Positions 26,045 to 32,000 of a stretch of DNA of 32,000 nt are shown in pieces. Source of the stretch: Bilophila wadsworthia ATCC 49260 (GTDB taxonomy: Bacteria; Desulfobacterota; Desulfovibrionia; Desulfovibrionales; Desulfovibrionaceae); the NCBI RefSeq assembly GCF_000701705.1, contig NZ_JNJP01000002.1, positions 175,210 to 207,209 of the forward strand, written 5' to 3'. A program made the translations under genes and the position numbers. The notes beneath the pieces are model-generated. The model was given only the letters and a program-made list of their open reading frames with translations. It did not search any database and was not told the DNA's origin. Within the stretch, counting starts at the first letter, position 1, and every line of letters starts with the position of its first letter.

Positions 26045-27088
26045 ATGACCATGACATCAAGAGAACGCTTCGCCGCGATGCTGAATCACAAGACGCCTGA
26101 CCGGATGCCCGTATACCCGCTGGTGAACAGCATATCGCGCCAGTCGCTCGGCATTACCTATGAAGAATGGACCAAGGACATCAACAAGTGCGCCGAGGCG
26201 ATCATCCGCACCACGGACGAACTCGAACTCGACTGCCTGTGCACGCTGGTCGACCTCTCCGTGGAGGCCGCCGACTTCGGGCAGGAACTGCTGTACTTCA
26301 AGGACAAGGCCGCCTGCCCTGATCCCGCGCAGCGCGTCGTCCCCACCGAGGGGGATTACGACAAGATCCCCCGCATCGATCCCGCCAAGGGCAAGCGCAT
26401 GAGCGAACACGTGGAACTCTGCCGCAAGCTCGTGGAGGCGCGGGGCAAGGACAAGCCCGTGGTGGCCTTCGTGTTCGGGCCGCTCGGCATCGTCAGTATG
26501 CTCAGGGGCCAGCAGGAAATGTTCATGGATCTGTATACCGCCCCGGACGAAGTGAAAAAGGGCGTGGAGATCGTCTCCGACGTGCTCTGCGATTGGATCG
26601 ACCAACTCTGCGCCACGGGCATCGACGCGGTGATGTTCGATACGCTGTACGCCTCCCGGTCGATCATGAGCGCGGAGATGTGGGACGAGTTCGAGGGCGT
26701 CTACATGACCCGCATCGCAGAACGCGTGCGCTCCCACGGCTGCGCGGTGATGATCCACAACTGCGGGCAGGGCGCGTATTTTGACGAGCAGTACGAACGG
26801 ATGAAGCCTGTGCTGTTCTCCTTCGCCCACCCGCCGCAGGGCTGCGCGGATATGAAGGAAGCCGTCGAAAAGTACGCCGACAAGATGATACTCATGGGCA
26901 CCATCGATCCCGGTTGGTTCATGACCGCGACTCCTGAAACCCTGAAGGCGCGCGTGGAAGAAGAACTTGCCGTCTTCGGCCCTTCCAAGCGCTACGTCCT
27001 TTCGACCGGCTGCGAATACCCCGCCTGCCTCGACTTTGCCTTCCCCCGCCAGATGGTGGATATGGCGAAGGCGTACACCTACAAATAA
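26045..27088 (+). CDS. mtbA: URO-D-family methylcorrinoid methyltransferase (MtbA/MtaA-like MT2)
   Basis: The start was set at the ATG at 26045, with AAGGAG 9 nt upstream. The 347-aa product reads MTMTSRERFAAMLNHKTPDRMPVYP. It retains the H-x-C...C zinc motif (MIHNCGQG with H at 26756-26758 and C at 26762-26764; LSTGCEYP). The gene symbol is by family resemblance only. Confidence 0.78.
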   Translation: MTMTSRERFAAMLNHKTPDRMPVYPLVNSISRQSLGITYEEWTKDINKCAEAIIRTTDELELDCLCTLVDLSVEAADFGQELLYFKDKAACPDPAQRVVPTEGDYDKIPRIDPAKGKRMSEHVELCRKLVEARGKDKPVVAFVFGPLGIVSMLRGQQEMFMDLYTAPDEVKKGVEIVSDVLCDWIDQLCATGIDAVMFDTLYASRSIMSAEMWDEFEGVYMTRIAERVRSHGCAVMIHNCGQGAYFDEQYERMKPVLFSFAHPPQGCADMKEAVEKYADKMILMGTIDPGWFMTATPETLKARVEEELAVFGPSKRYVLSTGCEYPACLDFAFPRQMVDMAKAYTYK

Positions 27089-27164
27089 AGGCGGGCTATC
27101 CCCATCCCGCCCTCCGCCCGCGGTTCCCCCGAACCCGCGGGCAGAGCTTCCCGGAACGGGGCCG

Positions 27165-27330
27165 CGCGGCGGAAGGGCCGGTTTCCCTCTCCCGGGCCCG
27201 CCAGCGTCCGGCCCCGTCATCAAAAAACGGGGCGGGCCGCCCGTTCCCCGCCTTCCCGCCCCCCATGCCCCGGCTATACAGATATTTCTCCTGCCCAGCC
27301 CCTCCCCCTCCCCGCTCCAGACTCCGGATC
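27165..27330 (+). repeat. Intergenic repeat family, degenerate modules (copy D)
   Basis: GGAAGGGCCGGTTTCCCTCTCCCGGGCCCG resembles the core of copy B. CCCCTCCCCCTCCCCGCTCCAGACTCCGGATCG resembles the CCCCCTCCCAAGACTTTCGA tail of copy C. Other GC-rich hairpins surround these modules. Confidence 0.4.
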
Positions 27331-27518
27331 GCCCATGATGCCCCTCAAGCGGCACCCCGCCTTGCTCCGTCCGGATGAAGGGCCTTTGCCGCCCCATTTT
27401 CCGATCGAGATTTTTTTCCCATGCCGCTCCGAAAAGCTGGACAAGGGGGCTCTTCTGATATATGAGATAACCAACGGATGCGGAAAAGACGCACGATCCG
27501 GCGGCACGCGCCGCCATG

Positions 27519-27559
27519 CCTTTTGAGGTGCTATCATGGCAGTCCTCAAAAGGTTTTTC
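27519..27559 (+). terminator. Orphan intrinsic terminator in the mtbA-cbiK intergenic region
   Basis: Perfect 10-bp stem, CCTTTTGAGG (27519-27528) pairing with CCTCAAAAGG (27544-27553), with a 15-nt loop, followed by TTTTT. There is no U-tract in the minus-strand sense, so it is specific to the plus strand. Confidence 0.7.
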
Positions 27560-27809
27560 AGGGGAAACCATATGCAAGGCGCCGAGGTATTTCGGAACGG
27601 TTTAAGAAAAAAATCGCTTTCTGATATTCCTAACGCCCTCAACCCCCTTGAAGCCGCCGTGCAGGTAGGGTAAAACAATCTAATGTAGGCCGGAGGAACG
27701 GTGCGCAAGCGCCGTGATGCCCCGGAAAACAGGCGGGAGATCGCCCGCCAGCCCTCCGCCAAAAACCAACCCCGCCGGGCCAAGTGCCCCGCCGCAACCA
27801 ACGCAACCG

Positions 27810-27968
27810 TTTCAGGTGCCCGAATATTTCGGGATAATTGGGAAGTTCGTAAAAACGACGCTGACCCCGCAACCGTGAGAGGGGATGAACCCGCAACAGC
27901 CACTGTGGACGCCGTCTACGGGAAGGCGCGGGCAAAGAAGATCCTCAAGCCGGGAAACCAGCCTGAAA
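27810..27968 (+). ncRNA. Cobalamin (B12) riboswitch
   Basis: P1 pairs TTTCAGG (27810-27816) with CCTGAAA (27962-27968). The P2 hairpin is CCCGAA-TAT-TTCGGG. The conserved core reads AATTGGGAAGTTCGTAAAAACGACGCTGACCCCGCAACCGTGAG. A GCCACTG element lies at 27899-27905. A B12-box-like AAGCCGGGAAACCAGCC follows GGGAAGGCG. The aptamer sits about 65 nt upstream of cbiK. A hairpin GGTCCA...TGGACC abuts the SD sequence AAGGAG. Confidence 0.85.
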
Positions 27969-28034
27969 ACTCATATGGTACGGACGCCGCCAAGCGTTCC
28001 GTCCGGTCCACGATGATTGGACCAAGGAGTTGCC

Positions 28035-28907
28035 ATGAAAAAATGTTTCGTCATGGTTCTGCTGTGCTGCCTGCTGGTGGCCGGAACCGCCTTCGCCAAG
28101 ACGGGCACCCTGCTCGTCGCCTTCGGAACTTCGATGGACAGTGCAAGGCCCGCAATCGACGACATCGAAAAGGCCTACAAGAAAGCCGCCGGGAATGAAC
28201 CCGTGCTTCTGGCCTTCACCTCGGACATCATCCGCAACAAGCTGGCCAAGGAAGGCAAGCCCGTCCTCTCCGTCAACGCCGCGATGAATGAGCTCGCCGC
28301 GCAGGGCGTGACCGATCTCAAAATCCAGTCCCTGCACATCGCCCCCGCCGAGGAATACAACCAGCTCGAACGCATGGTCGTCAAAAACATCACCAAGAAT
28401 CCCGGCGTATTCAAGACGGTCAAGGTCGGCTATCCTCTCCTCGTCTCTGAAAAGGATCTCGACGCCGTCGTCAAGGTGGTGCTCGCTTCCCTGCCCAAGG
28501 ATCGCAAGCCCGGCGACGCCGTGGTGCTCATGGGCCACGGCAACGACCGCGGCCCCGGCGACCTGACCCTCGCCGCCACTGCCGCCGCCTTCCACAAGGC
28601 CGATCCCCACGTCTGGCTCGCCACCGTCGAAGGCTCCAACAGCTTCGACAACGTCCTGCCCAAGCTCAAGGCTTCCGGCGCCAAGCGCGTCTGGCTCCAG
28701 CCCTTCATGATCGTTGCGGGCGACCACGCCAACAACGACCTCGCCGGGCCGGAAGAGGATTCCTGGGCCTCCCGCATCAAGGCTGCCGGGATGACCCCCA
28801 TGCCCAACCTCAAGGGCCTCGGCCAGCTCAAGGGCATTCAGGACATCTTCCTCAGCCACACCCAGAACGCCGTTGTCGATCTCGCCAACACGAAGAAAGC
28901 GGATTAA
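28035..28907 (+). CDS. cbiK: Sirohydrochlorin cobaltochelatase CbiK carrying a signal peptide (periplasmic CbiK-P type)
   Basis: The start was set at the ATG at 28035, with AAGGAG 5 nt upstream. MKKCFVMVLLCCLLVAGTAFA|K is a Sec signal with an AFA cleavage site. The body is CbiK-like (LLVAFGTS, LKIQSLHIAPAEEY, VLMGHGN, WLQPFMIVAGDHANND). Confidence 0.85.
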   Translation: MKKCFVMVLLCCLLVAGTAFAKTGTLLVAFGTSMDSARPAIDDIEKAYKKAAGNEPVLLAFTSDIIRNKLAKEGKPVLSVNAAMNELAAQGVTDLKIQSLHIAPAEEYNQLERMVVKNITKNPGVFKTVKVGYPLLVSEKDLDAVVKVVLASLPKDRKPGDAVVLMGHGNDRGPGDLTLAATAAAFHKADPHVWLATVEGSNSFDNVLPKLKASGAKRVWLQPFMIVAGDHANNDLAGPEEDSWASRIKAAGMTPMPNLKGLGQLKGIQDIFLSHTQNAVVDLANTKKAD

Positions 28908-28909
28908 GT

Positions 28910-28995
28910 GAGGATGGAATAGCGAAAGAATCGGAGGGGGAAGGGGAACCTTTCTGGAGACGGGCTTCCCCTTCCCCCTCCCAAGACTTTCGACC
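28910..28995 (+). repeat. Intergenic repeat family, copy C
   Basis: Begins 2 nt after the cbiK TAA with GAGGATGGA, as copy A does. A perfect 13-bp stem pairs GGGGGAAGGGGAA (28936-28948) with TTCCCCTTCCCCC (28966-28978). The tail is CTCCCAAGACTTTCGACC. Confidence 0.8.
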
Positions 28996-29256
28996 TTATC
29001 GAATCCCTTTTCACGGCTTTCCCTGTAAGCCCAAAAAAAGGTCTGCAATACGGCATTGCCCCTCTCCTTAAAGACGTTCCGTCCCTTCAGAGGCAAGCTC
29101 ACAGAAAGTCGCCATTTTTGCAGAAAAACAAAATATGGTTCCCCCTTTCCTATCCTACAGAACAGAAACCGTTGGAGAGAAAGGGGGAGGTTCGGGGAAA
29201 GGCGAGAGAAGCCCTTCCTTTCTCCGAAAACATCAACCCACTACAAGGATTTTACC

Positions 29257-29958
29257 ATGAAACCGGGAAAACTGTACGGCGTGGGCATCGGCCCCGGCGA
29301 CCCTCGGTACCTGACCCTCCGGGCGGCGGACGTGCTGCGCTCCGTAGACGTAATCTTTACCGTCATCTCCCAAAACGCATCGAGCAGCGTTTCCCGGTCC
29401 GTGGTCGAATCCCTCGAGCCACGCGGAGAAATCCATCTCCAGATCTTCAGCATGTCGCGTGACAAGGCCGTCCGCGCCGCGCAGGTGCAGGCCAACGCCG
29501 ACGCCATCATTACGGAACTGAAAGCGGGCCGGGACTGTGCCTTCGCCACGCTCGGCGACGCCATGACCTACAGTACATTTGGTTATGTTCTGGAAATAAT
29601 ACGTGAATCCATCCCTGGCGTGGAATTGGAAATCGTCCCCGGCATCACCTCCTTCGCCACTCTGACGGCGAAAGCCGGAACTGTGCTCGTAGAAAACGGC
29701 GAACAGCTCAGAGTCATCCCATCCTTCAAGTCGGAAATGGCCGAAACGCTGGACTTCCCCAAAGGCTCCACCACGATTCTCCTCAAGACCTACCGTAGCC
29801 GCAAGGCGCTGGTGGAACGCCTCAGGCGCGAGGAAAATGTGGAGATCCTGTACGGCGAACATCTGGCAATGGAGGGGCAGACCCTCCTGACCGATCTGGA
29901 TGCCGTTGCCGACCGTCCGGAAGAATACCTGTCGCTCATCATGGTCAAAAAGCAATGA
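29257..29958 (+). CDS. cbiL: Precorrin-2/cobalt-factor-2 C20-methyltransferase (CbiL/CobI)
   Basis: The start was set at the ATG at 29257 (MKPGKLYGVGIGPGDPRYLTLRAADVL). The body is tetrapyrrole-methylase-like (FATLGDAMTYSTF, EIVPGITSF). The track's 5' extension to 29056 crosses intergenic repeats. Confidence 0.88.
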   Translation: MKPGKLYGVGIGPGDPRYLTLRAADVLRSVDVIFTVISQNASSSVSRSVVESLEPRGEIHLQIFSMSRDKAVRAAQVQANADAIITELKAGRDCAFATLGDAMTYSTFGYVLEIIRESIPGVELEIVPGITSFATLTAKAGTVLVENGEQLRVIPSFKSEMAETLDFPKGSTTILLKTYRSRKALVERLRREENVEILYGEHLAMEGQTLLTDLDAVADRPEEYLSLIMVKKQ

Positions 29959-31205
29959 AACGCGGACGCCGCCCTCTTCCGCCTCCGTGGAGGCGCCCGA
30001 GCCGCATCCTGTGGTTCGTTCTGGCCGTCATCGGAGCCTGTTGGCTTACGCTGCACATGCCGGAATCCCACATGATGCGCCCGAAGCCGGAACAAAACGG
30101 CACGAGCGCCCCCACAAGCCGGATGCACCGGCCCGCTCCCGTCAGTGAGGCTATGGACGCGGATGTGGGCGAAGACGCCGTGACTTCCTCCGGGCCGACA
30201 AAGATGGATACCGCGGCCCCCCGCATGAAGCGGCACGCGCCGCTCACCCCGGCGGAAAAAATCTTCGCCAAGATGAAAACCTTCGGACGCCTGTTCGCCA
30301 TCGTGGGCATCGCTGCCTTCCTTGGAGGGCTGATGGAGGCGCGGCGCTGGCACATGGCGCTGGCGCGGGTCATGGGCAAGCTGGCCCGGATGGCCCGGCT
30401 CCCCGAGATCGTGGGCCTTGCGATGCCGACCGCGCTCTGTTCCAATGCGGCGGCCAACAGCATACTGGTCAGCAGCCATGCCGACGGGCATATCCGCACC
30501 TCGGCGCTCATTGCGGGCGGCATGGCGAACAGCTATCTGGCCTACGTCTCGCACTCCATCCGGGTCATGTATCCGGTGCTCGGAGCCATCGGGCTTCCGG
30601 GGGCGCTCTACTTCGTGGTGCAGTTCTCGGGCGGGTTCATCGTCATTCTCGGCGTCCTGCTCTGGAACCGCTGGTATGTCTCCGGGCACGGGGATACGCC
30701 CGTTTCCGGCATTCCCCCGGTAGACGAAGCTCCGCTTGGGTGGCCTTCCGCCGTGGGAAAAGCCGCCGTCCGATCGCTGACGCTGCTGTTTCGCATGGTG
30801 TGCATCACGGTCCCGCTGATGCTCTGCATCGAATGGCTGTTGAAGAACGGCGCGTTCAATTTCTGGGAGCAGTATGTCCCTGATCAGGTGAACCGTTTTT
30901 TCCCTGCGGAACTGGTATCCGTGGTCGCCGCGCAGATGGGCGGCTTGGTGCAGTCTTCCGCGGTCGCCGCGAACCTCAGGGCCGAAGGGCTCATCGACAA
31001 CGCGCAGATCCTGCTGGCGATGCTCGTCGGGAGCGCGGTGGGCAACCCCTTCCGCACTCTGCGGAGGAATCTCCCTTCGGCGCTCGGGATTTTCCCCGTG
31101 CCCGTCGCGTTCGCCATAGTCATCGGTATGCAGCTCTCGCGCTTCGTCGTTACCCTCGTCGCCATCGCCGGGGTCATCGCGTTCATGCATTATGTGTTGT
31201 ATTGA
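29955..31205 (+). CDS. Polytopic membrane protein of unknown function (possibly the nucleoside-recognition/Gate-domain type)
   Basis: 416-aa ORF whose ATG overlaps the cbiL stop as ATGA. The N-terminal ~100 aa are Arg/Pro-rich and low-complexity. Multiple hydrophobic helices follow (FAIVGIAAFLGGL, LGAIGLPGALYFVVQFSGGFIVILGVLLW, MVCITVPLMLCIEWLL, VPVAFAIVIGMQL). The family assignment is tentative. Confidence 0.5.
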   Translation: MKRGRRPLPPPWRRPSRILWFVLAVIGACWLTLHMPESHMMRPKPEQNGTSAPTSRMHRPAPVSEAMDADVGEDAVTSSGPTKMDTAAPRMKRHAPLTPAEKIFAKMKTFGRLFAIVGIAAFLGGLMEARRWHMALARVMGKLARMARLPEIVGLAMPTALCSNAAANSILVSSHADGHIRTSALIAGGMANSYLAYVSHSIRVMYPVLGAIGLPGALYFVVQFSGGFIVILGVLLWNRWYVSGHGDTPVSGIPPVDEAPLGWPSAVGKAAVRSLTLLFRMVCITVPLMLCIEWLLKNGAFNFWEQYVPDQVNRFFPAELVSVVAAQMGGLVQSSAVAANLRAEGLIDNAQILLAMLVGSAVGNPFRTLRRNLPSALGIFPVPVAFAIVIGMQLSRFVVTLVAIAGVIAFMHYVLY

Positions 31206-31207
31206 AC

Positions 31208-31252
31208 TTGGAGGGGGAAGGAGTTCGTTCCCGCGAAAGACGTTGAAGAGGG
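31208..31252 (+). repeat. Intergenic repeat family, short degenerate copy G
   Basis: Starts 3 nt after the TGA stop. GGAGGGGGAAGGAGTTCGTTCCCGCGAAAGACGTTGAAGAGGGG shares the purine arm and the AAGACGTTGA tail with copies B and C. Confidence 0.4.
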
Positions 31253-31358
31253 GAGCAGGCGAGGGACACGGAAAAGCCGCAATGGTGGAGCAACAATGAA
31301 ACGGGATTATTGAACCAGCGGCATACGAAAAAGCGAAACTCTTGTTGCCGGAGGCGGC

Positions 31359-32000
31359 ATGAACATACGTTGGAATTTGAGCGGAATGGAAATCGAGCGG
31401 GAGAGTTTCCGTGTCATCGAGTCGGAGTGCGATCTCCACAAGCGGATGCCCGCACCGGAATGGCGTGTGGCGCGCCGCCTGATCCATACCACAGCGGACA
31501 TGTCCATCGCGGACACGCTGGTTTTCCGGCATGACGCCATCGGCTCGGGTCTGTGCGCGTTACGGGCTGGGGCGCCGATATTCTGTGATTCCAAGATGAT
31601 CCGCGCCGGGCTTTCCATCGAGCGGTTGAAGAGGCTGAATCCCGGTTACGGTCCCGAAAGCCTGCACTGCCATATCAGCGATCAGGACGTCATCGATCGC
31701 GCCAAACTCGAAGGCCACACCCGTGCCCTGTGCAGCGCGGAGAAGGCGCGGCCCATGCTTGACGGGGCCATCGTGCTCATCGGCAACGCTCCGCTGGCGC
31801 TGGCCCGCATTGCCCGGTACGCGCTTGAGGAAGGCGTGCGGCCCGCCCTTGTCGTCGGGATGCCCGTCGGATTTGTCAACGTGGTGGAGTCAAAGGAACT
31901 TCTTGCTCAGTGCGATGTCCCCCAGATCGTCCTTGAAGGACGGCGCGGCGGCAGCGCCCTCGCCGTCACCACGCTTCACGCCGTTATGGAGAGCGCGTAG
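31359..32000 (+). CDS. cbiC: Precorrin-8X/cobalt-precorrin-8 methylmutase (CbiC/CobH)
   Basis: 213-aa ORF with IHTTADM, LIGNAPLAL, VVGMPVGFVNVVESKE and GRRGGSALAVTTLHAV motifs. GGAGG lies upstream of the ATG. It ends with a TAG at 31998-32000, the last bases of the window. Confidence 0.9.
   Translation: MNIRWNLSGMEIERESFRVIESECDLHKRMPAPEWRVARRLIHTTADMSIADTLVFRHDAIGSGLCALRAGAPIFCDSKMIRAGLSIERLKRLNPGYGPESLHCHISDQDVIDRAKLEGHTRALCSAEKARPMLDGAIVLIGNAPLALARIARYALEEGVRPALVVGMPVGFVNVVESKELLAQCDVPQIVLEGRRGGSALAVTTLHAVMESA

Noticed and set aside
27660-27700. A possible pylT (tRNA-Pyl) around a CTA triplet in ...GGTAAAACAATCTAATGTAGGCC...
   Set aside because: With CTA placed as the anticodon, the flanking bases cannot form an anticodon stem. 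No acceptor or T-arm pairing is evident either. No tRNA-like structure was found anywhere in the window.
27690-27809. A possible second (tandem) cobalamin aptamer, suggested by GAGGAACGGTGCGCAAGCGCC and CCCCGCCGCAACC
   Set aside because: The element order is wrong: the B12-box-like string lies 5' of the CCCCGC segment. There is no GCCACTG element and no closing P1 helix. It is treated as leader sequence of unknown function.

Overview
Visibly GC-rich bacterial chromosomal DNA. The gene content fits a Desulfovibrionaceae (Bilophila/Desulfovibrio-like) genome, but that is inference only. All calls come from reading the sequence and recognising motifs; no searches were run.

The window has four blocks.

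(1) 1-15,895: a compact type VI secretion system in two operons diverging from a 94-bp AT-rich spacer. The minus strand carries tssA, a fused tssB-tssC, hcp, tssE, tssF, tssG, a small orphan ORF and vgrG (cut by the window edge). The plus strand carries tssJ, tssK, tssL and tssM. Twelve of the 13 core functions are present; no tssH/clpV is seen.

(2) 16,210-17,511: a cytoplasmic PAS-like/GGDEF diguanylate cyclase, convergent with tssM across a bidirectional terminator.

(3) 18,132-27,088: a corrinoid-dependent trimethylamine methyltransferase operon. It encodes a URO-D-type methyltransferase fused to a thioredoxin-like domain, a CobW-like GTPase, the MttC corrinoid protein, DUF1638, a RACo-type reductive activator, MttB, and a second URO-D-type methyltransferase. 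The mttB gene is interrupted by a single in-frame TAG at 25,251-25,253, a predicted pyrrolysine codon.

(4) 27,810-32,000: a cobalamin riboswitch followed by cbiK (with a signal peptide), cbiL, a polytopic membrane protein and cbiC.

Unusual points:
- the TssB-TssC fusion
- two same-orientation (GA)n microsatellites, 33 and 52 bp, bracketing tssKLM plus the GGDEF gene
- a roughly 90-bp purine-arm/pyrimidine-arm repeat family that starts just after the stop codons in the methyltransferase and cbi operons
- TAG used as both sense and stop codon within mttB

Many long antisense ORFs in the track are artefacts of GC-rich coding DNA.
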